Both the position numbers and the translations under genes were made by a program. This document shows, piece by piece, positions 1 through 11,264 of a stretch of DNA of 53,643 nucleotides (position 1 is its first letter; each line of letters opens with the position of its first letter). Source of the DNA: Myxococcales bacterium (lineage in GTDB: Bacteria > Myxococcota > Myxococcia > Myxococcales > Anaeromyxobacteraceae); assembly GCA_038320275.1 (NCBI GenBank), contig JBBQEB010000006.1:1-53643 (forward strand). Reading direction: 5' to 3'. The notes under the pieces are model-generated. The model made no database searches. It was not told the origin of the DNA and saw only the letters and a list, made by a program, of their open reading frames with translations.

Positions 1-396
1 GCCTACGCCGAGAAGCGCGGGCTGCGGCCGCTGGCGAGGCTCGTGAACTGGGGGTTCGCCGGCGTCGACCCCACCATCATGGGCATCGGGCCGGTGCTCG
101 CCATCCAGAACATGCTCGCGCGCGCGGAGGCGAAGCTCTCCGCGTTCGATCTCATCGAGGTGAACGAGGCCTTCGCGCCGCAGTACCTCGCGGTGGAGCG
201 GGAGCTGGGGCTGCCTCGCGATCGGAGCAATGTCGACGGAGGTGCCATCGCCGTCGGCCACCCGCTGGCGGCGAGCGGCGCGCGCATCACCGCCCACCTC
301 ATCTACGAGCTTCGCCGGCGCGGGGGGAGGTACGCGCTGGGCGGCGCCTGCATCGGCGGTGGGCAGGGCATCGCGGTCGCTCTGGAGGCCATGTAG
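1..396 (+). CDS. Acetyl-CoA C-acyltransferase (thiolase), C-terminal part, 5' truncated by the window
   Basis: Frame open from base 1; thiolase motifs MGIGPV, EVNEAFA, GGAIAVGHPLAASG and CIGGGQG. Confidence 0.95.
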   Translation, partial: AYAEKRGLRPLARLVNWGFAGVDPTIMGIGPVLAIQNMLARAEAKLSAFDLIEVNEAFAPQYLAVERELGLPRDRSNVDGGAIAVGHPLAASGARITAHLIYELRRRGGRYALGGACIGGGQGIAVALEAM

Positions 397-494
397 GGAC
401 GCGCGGAGCGTGTGTGCCGGCCGCGGCGACGTGTCCAGGGCAAGGACGGGACGGTTCCTTGCAGCCGCCCGCACTCCCCGGTAGGGTTCGCCGC

Positions 495-698
495 GTGGAA
501 CAACCCATTGCGCGCTTCGAGGGCCTGAAGGTCTTTTCGACCACGCTCGCCCGCGACAGGGACGCGCTCTCCGACCGCATCACCACGTGGATGCGGGAGC
601 ATCCACAGCTCGAGGTGGTGGATACGGTCGTTCGGCAGAGCTCCGACAAGGAGTTCCACTGCCTCTCGATCCTGCTCTTCTATCGCGAGCGCGGGTAG
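495..698 (+). CDS. Small hypothetical protein (~67 aa)
   Basis: GTG 495 in ORF 414..698; globular-looking sequence FEGLKVFSTT...VVDTVVRQSSDKEFHCLSILLFY with typical GC3 codon use; TAGGGT 7 nt upstream. Confidence 0.75.
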   Translation: MEQPIARFEGLKVFSTTLARDRDALSDRITTWMREHPQLEVVDTVVRQSSDKEFHCLSILLFYRERG

Positions 699-850
699 CA
701 GCCGCTCGACGCAGGCGGTCCGGGAGGGCTGATCCGCGCTCCCAGCCCAAGCTCCGGCTGCCGATTCAGACACCTCGGGGGCGGGTCGGCGGCAGGCCTC
801 GGCGGGCCGCATTGGCGGTATCGCCCCGCTCTCCTTATGTTCGATTTTCA

Positions 851-1573
851 ATGCGTCGCCCCAGCCGATCGTTCAGCGAGCTCATGACCTTCGGGGGGCG
901 CGTACCCCCCACGGTTGGTTCCCTCATCAGCGCCATCGTGGCGGCAAGCCTGGTGGGCGCGCTGGGCAGGGGGCTGGGACTCGTCCAGCTCGCCGCGCTC
1001 GTGCCGGGCCTGGTGTGGCGCGGGCAGCTGTGGCGCCTCGTCACCTGGGTCTTCTTCGAGACGGACCCCTTGTCGCTCCTCTTCGGAGGGCTGACGCTCT
1101 ACTGGTTCGGGCGCGACCTCTGCTTCGCGTGGGGGCCTCGCCGGTTCCTCCTCACCTTCTTCGGCATCGCGGTGGGCGCGGCCCTCGCCACCTCGCTCGT
1201 CGCGCGGCTGTCGCCCGACATGATGGGCGCCCAGTGGACCGGCTCCTGGGCCGTCATCACCGCCCTCATCGTGGCGTGGTCCATCATCTTCCCGGACCGC
1301 CAGATCCTCTTCATGATGGCCCTCCCCATGTCGGGCCGGGCGCTCATGTTCGTGACGCTGGGCGGCACGCTGCTCTACGCCATCTTCGGCGGCTTCCGCG
1401 CCTACGTGCCCCACCTGGCGGCGCAGCTCCTCATGGTGGCGTACGCCAACGGCTGGTCGCTGCGAGGGCTCTGGCAGCAGTTCCGCATCAAGAACTACGA
1501 GCGCAGGGCGCGCAGGAGGGCCAGCCACCTCAAGGTGGTGAAGAAGGAAGACCCGCCGCGCTGGATGAACTGA
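851..1573 (+). CDS. Rhomboid-like intramembrane protein
   Basis: ATG 851; multiple TM segments; GQLWRLVTW (WR motif), YWFGRDL and PHLAA pattern. Confidence 0.75.
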   Translation: MRRPSRSFSELMTFGGRVPPTVGSLISAIVAASLVGALGRGLGLVQLAALVPGLVWRGQLWRLVTWVFFETDPLSLLFGGLTLYWFGRDLCFAWGPRRFLLTFFGIAVGAALATSLVARLSPDMMGAQWTGSWAVITALIVAWSIIFPDRQILFMMALPMSGRALMFVTLGGTLLYAIFGGFRAYVPHLAAQLLMVAYANGWSLRGLWQQFRIKNYERRARRRASHLKVVKKEDPPRWMN

Positions 1574-1613
1574 TAGCGGAGACCGCCCGTGAGCGGACCG
1601 AGCGGCGCTGGGT

Positions 1614-2801
1614 TCAGCCGTCCGTCCGCGTGCCCGGTGCGATCGCCCGCACCGCGGCGCGGTACACCCAGATGCGCGCGGTGCGCGTGCGCGGGTCGCT
1701 GGGCACGAGGAAGAACCCAGCGCCCGTGCCGAGGTGACCCTTGCTCGTCCCCACCACCTGGCGACCGTCGCGGAAGGTGACGCGAATGGGCTCGCCTTCG
1801 GGTTCCGGTGGCGGCGCCGAGATGGGCTGCATGAAGAAGATCGCCTTCACCCCGTCGGAGGCGATCGACTCCGGAAGCCCGCCCGCCTGAGGAAGCACGA
1901 CGACGAGGCTCGCGGCCAGCTCGGCGTCCGTCATCGAGCCCCGCTTCACCTGCCCGTCGTTCGTGTGCACCACCACCCGATGCGTCCCGGCGACGAGGCT
2001 GCCGTCCGTCTCGCCGCCCGACCGGGGAGAGGCGTGCCCGGGCGCAGCTCCTGGGAGCTCGCCGGCGAGCTCCACCTCGATCACGTCCTCGCCCACCTCC
2101 AGGATCTCCGGCTCGGCGAAGCCGCCCTCCGCCACGGTCCCCGCTTCCGTCGCGCCCCGCTCCGGTCGTGGGCTCGCGGAAGAGGACCCGCCGAGCGGCG
2201 CGCCGAGGGACGTCGCCCAATCGTCCTGGCCCGGGAGCAGCTCCTCCAGCGGCACCATCGGCGGCGAGCCCACCTCTTCCGAGGCCTCGCCGAGCGTCAG
2301 CGGGAGGGCATGGGCCGCAAGGTCGGAAGAATCGCCGCCGTCCGGCTCCTCCTCCAGCTCGCCTCCCTCGGGGGCGGGCGCGGCCGGGGCGGCACGGTCG
2401 CCCCGGATGCGGAAGACCGGAACCGCGTTCCACCCCGTGTCGAAAGGCTCCTCCCGGCGCTGCACGGTCGAGTCGGCTGGAGCGAACGATCCGCCGCCCG
2501 CTGCCCGGAACTCCTGCAGGTCGAGAGTCTCGTCCGCCGCGCTCGACCCATCGGCCGGCAGCGTTCCCGCGGTGCCCGCCTGCGCGGAAGGAGGCCGGCT
2601 CGATTGCGCCGGAGCCGGGTTGGCGACGTTTTCCCCGCTGGCGAATCCCCCCCGGGCGCCAGACCCGGCGCCCGACCTCCCCGCTGCGGCGAGGGCCTGG
2701 ACGAGCGAGGACCGGCGCACCTCCTCGGCGGGCGTGAGGCCGGTGGCGCGGCGCTTCTCCTCGAGGAGACGAAGCTCGTGCGCGTGGTGGGGGTCGGGCA
2801 T
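1614..2801 (-). CDS. Hypothetical protein: acidic low-complexity linker plus C-terminal tandem small beta domains (DUF6982-like)
   Basis: ATG 2801 with AGGA upstream; C-terminal [14 protein letters not shown] ... VKAIFF ... [13 protein letters not shown] ... GFFLVPSD. Confidence 0.7.
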   Translation of the reverse strand: MPDPHHAHELRLLEEKRRATGLTPAEEVRRSSLVQALAAAGRSGAGSGARGGFASGENVANPAPAQSSRPPSAQAGTAGTLPADGSSAADETLDLQEFRAAGGGSFAPADSTVQRREEPFDTGWNAVPVFRIRGDRAAPAAPAPEGGELEEEPDGGDSSDLAAHALPLTLGEASEEVGSPPMVPLEELLPGQDDWATSLGAPLGGSSSASPRPERGATEAGTVAEGGFAEPEILEVGEDVIEVELAGELPGAAPGHASPRSGGETDGSLVAGTHRVVVHTNDGQVKRGSMTDAELAASLVVVLPQAGGLPESIASDGVKAIFFMQPISAPPPEPEGEPIRVTFRDGRQVVGTSKGHLGTGAGFFLVPSDPRTRTARIWVYRAAVRAIAPGTRTDG

Positions 2802-2931
2802 GGCGAGGTTCCTGGAGGCGGCACGAAGTCGTAGGGCCGTCCGGTGGAGTCTACCGCGCGCAGCCTGCCCCGGCGAAGGCACGAAGGGCGCATGCGTTGA
2901 CCTGTCCCCAGGGTTCCGTCATGGATCAGCC

Positions 2932-4905
2932 GTGCCGCGTCCCCAGCTCCCACCCCTCTCCGTTCGCCCGCGCTTCCTGCCCACCACGCGCGAGGAGCTG
3001 CGCACGCGCGGGTGGGACGCGCTCGACGTGCTGCTCGTCTCGGGCGACGCCTACGTCGATCACCCGAGCTTCGGGGTGTCGGTGATCGGGCGCGTGCTGG
3101 AGGCGCAGGGCCTCCGCGTCGGCATCGTGGCGCAGCCGGACTGGCGCTCGCCCGCCGACGTGACCCGGCTCGGCCGACCGCGGCTCTTCGTGGGGATCGC
3201 CTCGGGCGCGATGGACTCGATGGTGAACCACTACACCGCGCACAAGCGCCGGCGGTCCGACGATGCGTACACGCCGGACGGGGCTGCGGGAAAGCGGCCG
3301 GACCGGGCGGCGACGGTGTACGCGCGCCTGGTCCGGGAGGCGTTCGGCCCGGCCATGCCCATCGTGCTCGGCGGCGTCGAGGCGTCCTTGCGCCGCATCG
3401 CGCACTACGACTACTGGGATGACCGGGTGCTCCCGTCGCTGGCGGCCTCCAGCGGCGCCGACCTCCTGGTGTACGGGCAGGGCGAGCGGCCCATCCTCGA
3501 GATCGCGCGCCGGCTGGCCTCGGGCGAGGACGCCTGCGGCCTCACCGACATTCCGGGGACCGCCCTCGTTCCGGCCGACCTCGCCCTGGCGCGCCTCGCG
3601 GAGCGGGAGCGCGCCGTCCTCGAGCTGCCGCCGTTCGAGGAGGTGGCCTCGGACAAGCTCGCCTTCGCGCGCTTCTCGCGCCTCTACCACCTGGAGCACA
3701 ATCACGCCAACGCGCGGGTGATGACCCAGCGCCACGGGACGGGCGCGGCGGCACGCACGGTGGTGGTGAACGAGCCGGCAGCGCCGCTCACCACCGAGGA
3801 GCTCGACCGCATCTGCGAGCTGCCCTTCGCGCGCGCGGCGCACCCCTCGTACGGCGGCGCGCACATCCCCGCGCTGGAGCAGATCCGCTGGTCGATCCAG
3901 ATCCTGCGGGGTTGCAGCGCGGGCTGCTCCTTCTGCTGCATCACCGAGCACCAGGGCCGCGAGGTGACGAGCCGCTCGGAGGCGAGCGTGCTGCGCGAGC
4001 TGCGCCAGCTCGCGTCCCTGGAGGAGTTCCGCGGGACTGTGACCGACCTCGGCGGAGCCACCGCCAACATGTGGGGAATGGGCTGCACCAGCGAGGAGGC
4101 GCACGCAAAGTGCCGGCGGCTCTCCTGCGTCTACCCGAGCGTCTGCCAGTTCTGGAAGGCCGACCACGGACCGTTGGTTCAGCTCTACCAGAAGGCGCGC
4201 CAGGTGCCCGGAGTGAAGCACGTCTTCGTGGGGTCCGGCGTGCGCTACGACCTCGCCCACCACGACGAGGTGAACGGGCAGGCCTACCTGAAGGAGCTCG
4301 TGAGCCACCACGTGTCGGGTCAGCTCAAGGTCGCGCCGGAGCACGCTGCGCCCGAGGTGCTGAAGACCATGAAGAAGCCCGGCATCGGCGAGTTCGAGCG
4401 CTTCCGGGAGGAGTTCGCGCGCTACAGCAAGGAGGCCGGCAAGGAGCAGTACCTCGTGCCGTACTTCGTCTCCTCGCACCCCGGGTGTAGCCTGGAGGAC
4501 GCGGTCCAGCTCTACGAATATCTGGAGTCGAACGGCTGGCGGCCGCAGCAGGTGCAGGACTTCACCCCCACGCCCATGACGCTCGCCTCCGACATGCACT
4601 GGTCGGGCTATCACCCGCTCACGCTGAAGCCGGTGCACGTGGTGCGCGACCCGCGCGAGAAGCGGATGCAGAAGGCGCTCCTGCGCTGGGCCGACCCCGA
4701 AGGCCGCCCGCTGGTGGAGGAGGCGCTGCGGCGCACTGGCCGGCTCAGGCCCGGCGAGCGCCTTCACACGCGCGGCGTTCCCTGGAAGCGAAACGCGGGA
4801 AGGAGGCCGGTGCCCGGTGCTACGGGCGGAGCAAGAGGAGCTCGAGGTGTCTCGGCGACGGGCGCTGACCTGCCCGGCAGGCGCGGGCGAGGCGGCGAAG
4901 GGTGA
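2932..4905 (+). CDS. ygiQ: YgiQ (UPF0313) family radical SAM protein
   Basis: FLPTTREE...[22 protein letters not shown], CxxxCxxC (GCSAGCSFC), [27 protein letters not shown] start estimated. Confidence 0.92.
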   Translation: MPRPQLPPLSVRPRFLPTTREELRTRGWDALDVLLVSGDAYVDHPSFGVSVIGRVLEAQGLRVGIVAQPDWRSPADVTRLGRPRLFVGIASGAMDSMVNHYTAHKRRRSDDAYTPDGAAGKRPDRAATVYARLVREAFGPAMPIVLGGVEASLRRIAHYDYWDDRVLPSLAASSGADLLVYGQGERPILEIARRLASGEDACGLTDIPGTALVPADLALARLAERERAVLELPPFEEVASDKLAFARFSRLYHLEHNHANARVMTQRHGTGAAARTVVVNEPAAPLTTEELDRICELPFARAAHPSYGGAHIPALEQIRWSIQILRGCSAGCSFCCITEHQGREVTSRSEASVLRELRQLASLEEFRGTVTDLGGATANMWGMGCTSEEAHAKCRRLSCVYPSVCQFWKADHGPLVQLYQKARQVPGVKHVFVGSGVRYDLAHHDEVNGQAYLKELVSHHVSGQLKVAPEHAAPEVLKTMKKPGIGEFERFREEFARYSKEAGKEQYLVPYFVSSHPGCSLEDAVQLYEYLESNGWRPQQVQDFTPTPMTLASDMHWSGYHPLTLKPVHVVRDPREKRMQKALLRWADPEGRPLVEEALRRTGRLRPGERLHTRGVPWKRNAGRRPVPGATGGARGARGVSATGADLPGRRGRGGEG

Positions 4906-4915
4906 GAGCTACCTC

Positions 4916-5049
4916 ATGCCGCATTCCGATGATGCCACTCCACGGGGCAGGCGTCATCCCGCTGCATACTGGAGCTCGGCGGAAGCGAGCACGCGGTCTC
5001 GTCTGCGGTGGTTGAGAGCGCCCTCGGTCACGACATCGACCTTGCGACC
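4916..5049 (-). pseudogene. Degraded remnant of an MNT-HEPN (DUF86) toxin-antitoxin pair
   Basis: Minus strand reads GRKVDVVTEGALNHRRRDRVLASAELQYAAG* (MNT C-terminus, stop 4954-4956), an overlapping ATG at 4967 reading MQRDDA (DUF86 start), then PWSGIIGMRH (4945-4916) in another frame. Confidence 0.7.
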
Positions 5050-5115
5050 ACGACAGCAGGGCACCGCTCCGGGCTGGCCCTGGCGCTGCCATTCCGGCGC
5101 GTTAGAATGAGCCAT

Positions 5116-5550
5116 ATGTCTCGCCTCCAGTCTCCGCACGACCGCATCCTGCGTTTCCTCGGCGCCGGCATCCGCTCCTCGGCAGCGGGCGAGCTCGACC
5201 TGGTCGAGGAGCTCCGGCGCGGCCTGCCCGCCGGCGCCTTCAAGCATGCCGCCGCGCAGCTCGCCGTGCCCGCGAGCGATCTGTCACGCTGGCTCGGGCT
5301 CAACCGCCGGACGCTGGCTCGGCGCACCCGCCGGCTCTCGGCCACCGAGTCCTCTCGCCTCTTCCGGCTGGCTCGGATTCACTCGCGCGCAGCGGAGGTG
5401 CTCGAGGGTCCACAGGCCGCGACGCACTGGCTCCTCCGCCCTCAGCGCGCCCTCGGCGGGCACGCTCCGGTGTCGCTTCTCGACACCGACGCCGGAGCGC
5501 TCGCCGTCGAGCGGTTGCTCGGGCGCATCGAGGACGCCGTGGTCACGTGA
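5116..5550 (+). CDS. Xre/MbcA/ParS-type antitoxin
   Basis: HTH-like region, then WLLRPQRALGGHAPVSLLDTDAG...VERLLGRIE; GTGA overlap with the RES gene; ATG 5116 (alternative 5107). Confidence 0.9.
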   Translation: MSRLQSPHDRILRFLGAGIRSSAAGELDLVEELRRGLPAGAFKHAAAQLAVPASDLSRWLGLNRRTLARRTRRLSATESSRLFRLARIHSRAAEVLEGPQAATHWLLRPQRALGGHAPVSLLDTDAGALAVERLLGRIEDAVVT

Positions 5551-6011
5551 TTGCCTGGCGCCTCGCACCGACGCGGCGCCGATCCGTCGCCTTCTCCGGC
5601 GAGGGCGCTCGCCGCTACGGCGGGAGATGGAACCCGGTGGGCACCCCCGTGGTTTACGCCGCGACGACGCTCTCCCTCGCCGCGCTCGAGATCCTCGGCC
5701 ACGTGGACCCCGCCGAGGCGCGCCCTTCCTGGAGCTATCGCCTCGAGCTACCGGACGATGCCGTGGAGCGGCTCTCCCCCGAGCGCCTTCCGCGCGGCTG
5801 GAACGCCGCCCGCCCCCGCGCGGCAACTGCTCGGATGGGAGGAGCTTGGGCCGAAGGCGGCCGGAGCCTGGCGCTCCTGGTGCCGTCCGTTCATCTACCG
5901 GGCGCCGAGGAGCTGATCATTCTCCTGAACCCACGTCACGCCGCCTGGGCGGACGTGAAGATCAGCGCACCCAGGCTTTACCGCTTCGACGCCCGGCTGC
6001 TGCCGAGGTGA
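5547..6011 (+). CDS. RES-domain toxin
   Basis: WRL, FSGEGARRYGGRWNPVG, YAATTLSLAALE, LLVPSV and LLNPRH: the R, E and S residues are present. Confidence 0.92.
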   Translation: MIAWRLAPTRRRSVAFSGEGARRYGGRWNPVGTPVVYAATTLSLAALEILGHVDPAEARPSWSYRLELPDDAVERLSPERLPRGWNAARPRAATARMGGAWAEGGRSLALLVPSVHLPGAEELIILLNPRHAAWADVKISAPRLYRFDARLLPR

Positions 6012-6075
6012 ATGGAGCTCGGCCTGCATGATGTCGTGCGAGTCCCAACGCACAGGTGGTGACTCCAGCAGTGCC

Positions 6076-7422
6076 CTACCCCACCGCTGCCCGGATGGCG
6101 TCGATAGTCACCCGCGTCAGCTCCTCCACCACGCCCTCGTCCGCGTTGAGCGGCGGCAGCCAGTAGAGCGCGTCGCCGATGGGCCGGACCAGGGCGCCGC
6201 GACGGGCGGCCTCCTGGTAGACGCGGAAGCCGAGGCGCCCGGTGGTGGCCTTGCCGCTCGGCGCGCGGAGGTCGGCCGCCACCACGGCCCCGATCCCTCG
6301 CACTGGCCCCAGCGCCCCGGTGGCGCGGGAGACCTCCTCCAGGCCGGCGCGCAGCTCGCCCGCGAGCTCCGCCACGCGCGTCAGGAACGACGGCTCCTGG
6401 TAGGCCCGCAGCGCGGCCACGGCCACCGCCGCTCCGAGCGGATTGCCGGCGAAGGTGTTGGAGTGGTTGAAGGCGCGGTCCTCCTCGAAGGCACCGTAGA
6501 ACGTCGCGTAGATCTGCTCTCCGGTGACCACCGCCGACATGGGCAGCGTGCCGCCCGTGAGCCCCTTCGACAGGCAGACCAGGTCCGGGACGATGCCGGC
6601 GTGCTCGCAGGCCATGAGCCGCCCCGTGCGCCCGAATCCGGTCATGATCTCGTCGGCGACGAGGTGCACCCCCTGCTCCCGCGTCCACCCGCGCAGGCGC
6701 CGGAGCAGATCCGCCGCGTACACGCGCATTCCGGAGGCGCCCTGGAGCACGGGCTCGAGAATCACCGCGCACAGCGACGGGCCCGCCTCCTCGAGCTGTC
6801 GGAGCAGCGCGGGCCAGGCCGCGGAGCAGTCTTCCCACTCGGGCTCGTGTCTCGAGCCCACGTAAGGAAGCCCCCGCAGCTTGGGGAACGCGCCCGGATC
6901 GAGCGCAGGCAGGATGCCGCGCCGGTAATCGCCCACGTCGGAGAGCGCGGCGCAGAGCTGCGTCTCGCCGTGATAGCCGTTCTCCAGCGAGAGCACCTTC
7001 GTCCGCGCTGCGTGCCCGGAGAGCCGCTGCGCCTCGTACGACATCTTCACCGCGATCTCCACCGCGGTGGAGCCGTCGCCGCCGAAGAAGACCTTGCCCA
7101 GCCCGGGGAAGATGCGCGCCAGGCGCTCGGAGAGCTCCACCGTCGCGTCGGTGGCCATGTGCGCCAGCATGACGTGCTCGACCCGCGAGGCCTGATCGCG
7201 CAGCGCCGCCGCGAGGCTCGGGTGCGCGTGGCCGAGGCTCCTGCACCACCAGCTCGAGATGCCGTCGATGAGCCGCCGGCCGTCGGCGAGCACGATGTGG
7301 CTCCCCGACGCCGACGCCACGTGCATGGGAGGAAACGTCTGGTAGTCCTTCATCTGGGCGCAGGCGTACCAGAGGTGCGCCAGCGCTCGGTCGTTCCAGC
7401 CTTCGTCGCCTGCGGAGCTCAT
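6076..7422 (-). CDS. bioA: Adenosylmethionine-8-amino-7-oxononanoate transaminase
   Basis: LIDGISSWW, GSTAVEIAVKM, YHGET, ADEIMTGFGRTG, LSKGLTGG (PLP lysine); close to bioD. Confidence 0.95.
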   Translation of the reverse strand: MSSAGDEGWNDRALAHLWYACAQMKDYQTFPPMHVASASGSHIVLADGRRLIDGISSWWCRSLGHAHPSLAAALRDQASRVEHVMLAHMATDATVELSERLARIFPGLGKVFFGGDGSTAVEIAVKMSYEAQRLSGHAARTKVLSLENGYHGETQLCAALSDVGDYRRGILPALDPGAFPKLRGLPYVGSRHEPEWEDCSAAWPALLRQLEEAGPSLCAVILEPVLQGASGMRVYAADLLRRLRGWTREQGVHLVADEIMTGFGRTGRLMACEHAGIVPDLVCLSKGLTGGTLPMSAVVTGEQIYATFYGAFEEDRAFNHSNTFAGNPLGAAVAVAALRAYQEPSFLTRVAELAGELRAGLEEVSRATGALGPVRGIGAVVAADLRAPSGKATTGRLGFRVYQEAARRGALVRPIGDALYWLPPLNADEGVVEELTRVTIDAIRAAVG

Positions 7423-7464
7423 GGCCGCCCTTGTAGGTGGGGAGAATCGCGTTAACAACCGGAG

Positions 7465-8100
7465 GTGCCCACCCCGAGCGCTTCCGCTGCCGTGACCTAC
7501 GCCGCCCTCGGAGACTCCACCGGCGTCGGCGTCGGCGCGCGCGACGGCAAGGGCTATCCGGCCCGCCTCGTCGAGCGGCTCGCCCGCCGTGGCCATCCGC
7601 TCCGGCTCGCGAACCTGTGCGTCTCGGGCGCCAAGGTTGCGGACGTCCTCGCCGGCCAGGTGGACCGCGCGCGCGCGTCGCGTCCGGCGGTCGTCTCGCT
7701 CGGCATCGGTATCAACGACGTCACCTGGGGCACCTCGCCCGAGCTCTTCGCGCGCGACTTCGACGCGGTCTGCGCCGCGCTGGCCGCGATCGACGCGCCC
7801 GTGGTGGCGGTGAACGTGCCCGACCTCTCCCTGTCGCTTCCCGTGGACGAGCACCTGCGGTCGGTGGCGCGCGAGCGCATCGCGGCCGTGAACCGCGCCA
7901 TCGCTGCCGCCGTGGCCCGGCATGGCTTCCTGCTCTCCGACCTGCACGACGCCACGGCCGCCGAGCTGGCCCGGGGCGAGGACCTCCTCTCGGGCGACCG
8001 CTTCCATCCCTCCGACCACGGTTACGAGCGCTGGGCCGACCTCATGGAGCCCGACCTGCTCCGCGCGCTGGAAGGGGCCCGGGAGGGGGCCAGATCGTGA
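7465..8100 (+). CDS. SGNH/GDSL hydrolase
   Basis: Block I ALGDSTGVG, block II VSGA, block III IGIND, block V DRFHPS. Confidence 0.9.
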   Translation: MPTPSASAAVTYAALGDSTGVGVGARDGKGYPARLVERLARRGHPLRLANLCVSGAKVADVLAGQVDRARASRPAVVSLGIGINDVTWGTSPELFARDFDAVCAALAAIDAPVVAVNVPDLSLSLPVDEHLRSVARERIAAVNRAIAAAVARHGFLLSDLHDATAAELARGEDLLSGDRFHPSDHGYERWADLMEPDLLRALEGAREGARS

Positions 8101-8170
8101 CGCGGCGGCCTCGCGTCGCCGATCCGGGCGCGTGGCTGTCGCGCCTGCGTGAGGGGCGGGCGAAGTAGGC

Positions 8171-8854
8171 ATGCGCGGGCTCTTCGTCACCGCGACCGAC
8201 ACCGGAGTGGGCAAGACAGAGGTGGCCTGCGCCATCGTGCGCGGTCACCGCGCGCTCGGGCTCGACGTCGGGGTCATGAAGCCGGCCCAGTCCGGGGTCG
8301 CGCGCGGGGAGCCATCCGATGCGGCGCGTCTCGCCGAGGCCGCCGGCGGCGGCGACCCCATGGAGCTCGTCTGTCCTTACAGCTTCGAGCCGCCGCTCGC
8401 GCCAGCGGTGGCGGCGCGCCTCGCCGGGCGCCGCATCGAGGTCTCGCACCTGCTGGCCGCGGCGAGGGCGCTCGCTGCCCGCCACGCAGCGCTGGTGGTG
8501 GAGGGCGCCGGGGGTCTCCTGGCGCCGCTCACGGACGAGGTGACCTACGCAGACCTCGCGGTCGCGCTCGCCATGCCGGTGCTGGTCGTCGCGCGGGCGG
8601 GGCTCGGCACGGTCAATCACACCGCTCTCACCTGCGAAGCGCTCCGCGCGCGCGGGCTCGCCGTGGCCGGGGTGGTGCTGAATCGAGCTTCACCCACCGT
8701 GGATCCATCGGAACCGCACAACGCGGCGTCGATCGAGCGGCTCACCGGCGCGCGCGTGCTGGCGTCGCTGCCGCACGAGCGCGATATCGTCCTTCGGGCG
8801 CAGAGATTCGCGGAGGTGCTCGGGCGCGCTGTCCAGTTCTCCGACGGCGCGTAG
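8171..8854 (+). CDS. bioD: Dethiobiotin synthase
   Basis: FVTATDTGVGKT, MKPAQSG, VVEGAGG, LGTVNHT. Confidence 0.95.
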   Translation: MRGLFVTATDTGVGKTEVACAIVRGHRALGLDVGVMKPAQSGVARGEPSDAARLAEAAGGGDPMELVCPYSFEPPLAPAVAARLAGRRIEVSHLLAAARALAARHAALVVEGAGGLLAPLTDEVTYADLAVALAMPVLVVARAGLGTVNHTALTCEALRARGLAVAGVVLNRASPTVDPSEPHNAASIERLTGARVLASLPHERDIVLRAQRFAEVLGRAVQFSDGA

Positions 8855-8895
8855 GGAAATTGGATCGAGGTCGCGAACGATCGTACGGATGGCCG

Positions 8896-9168
8896 GTGCC
8901 CATCGTCGTCGACCTCGCGCTCTACGCCGCCTCCCGCAACGCCCTGCAGCGGACCCTGGCCGAGCGCGGGCTCGGCTTCTTCGTCAAGCCCTGCCGCGGG
9001 CACGCGCCCCACCTCGACGCCCGCCGCATCGCCTGGGTGGTGGAGGCGGCCCGCCGCGCGCAGCCTGCTCACCCGGCCGATCCCGACGCGCTCGGCCGCG
9101 CCCGCCGCGTGGTCCGCCGCGAGCTGGTGCGCCGCCTGGCGGCGGGGATGGTGAGCGCGGGGCTCTGA
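8896..9168 (+). CDS. Hypothetical protein (~90 aa, basic)
   Basis: GTG 8896 in the frame of ORF 8149..9168; fills the gap after bioD; GC3-rich codons. Confidence 0.65.
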   Translation: MPIVVDLALYAASRNALQRTLAERGLGFFVKPCRGHAPHLDARRIAWVVEAARRAQPAHPADPDALGRARRVVRRELVRRLAAGMVSAGL

Positions 9169-9181
9169 CGCGCCGGCGGGA

Positions 9182-9457
9182 TTACCCCTCCCTCCCGCTC
9201 GACTTCTGCACGTAGCGAAGCCGCAGGTCGAGCAGGAGGTGCTCCAGCAGCTTCGATTCGTCCTCGCTGAGATTGCCGCGCGTCTTCTCCTGCAGCATCC
9301 CCAGGATGTCGATCGTCTGCTGCGCCATGAGGAGGCTCGTGCGCGCGTCGCCAGCGTCCGGGTGGGGCACGTCGCCCAGGTGCACCAGCGCCGACGACCC
9401 GAGCCCCATGCAGAAGGTGTAGAAGTCCACCCGTCCGGCTTCCTTCCCGTCGCTCAT
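9182..9457 (-). CDS. DUF1844 family protein
   Basis: SALVHLG...AQQTIDILGMLQEKTRGNLSEDE...LRLRYV signature. Confidence 0.88.
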   Translation of the reverse strand: MSDGKEAGRVDFYTFCMGLGSSALVHLGDVPHPDAGDARTSLLMAQQTIDILGMLQEKTRGNLSEDESKLLEHLLLDLRLRYVQKSSGREG

Positions 9458-9523
9458 CGCTCGTCCTCCCCTTCCAGTTCCCGCGCCGCGCGGTCGCCAC
9501 GCGGTCGGCCCACGGCTCCGCTG

Positions 9524-10905
<1,382 letters not shown>

Positions 10906-10909
<4 letters not shown>

Positions 10910-11163
10910 CCCTGCGACGGCGGAGGCTCACCGGTGGACGGCGAGGCCGTCTCGGCCGCAGCGGGCTCGTCCAGGCCGTCGAGATCATCCTCGTCGTCGA
11001 AGTCATCCCCGTCGATGTCCGACTCGACCGGCATGGCCTGATCCGCGAGGTCGGGCAGCGACCGGAGGTGCGCCTCGTACGCCTTCTCGTCGAGGCGCCC
11101 CTTCTGCACGTAGCGATGGGCGACGCGCTTGTCGATGAGCTTCGTTTCGAGCGTGTTGGGCAT
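10906..11163 (-). CDS. Small hypothetical protein with acidic tail
   Basis: ATG 11163 after AGGTG; DKRVAHRYVQKG...LPDLA then a D/E-rich tail; stop overlaps the protease start (GTGA). Confidence 0.75.
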
Positions 11164-11213
11164 GGTCACCTGGGAACGGAACGGCGCGTCCCGGTCCGGC
11201 ATGAAGGGCCGGG

Positions 11214-11243
11214 AAAATATGCGGCGGCTTGCCGCGCCGTCAA
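11214..11243 (-). promoter_or_regulatory. Putative sigma70 promoter for the small protein/HtrA/DUF1844 operon
   Basis: Minus strand TTGACG-N18-TATTTT. Confidence 0.55.
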
Positions 11244-11264
11244 GCGGGCGTTAGCGGAGAGCGC

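Noticed and set aside
7431..7458. TTGT...GTTAACAA between bioA and the SGNH gene as a BirA operator
   Set aside because: Only one half-site matches well and the spacing is shorter than in the BirA operators I know
11164..11264. TPP riboswitch upstream of thiE
   Set aside because: No CUGAGA core; the region is explained by a divergent promoter
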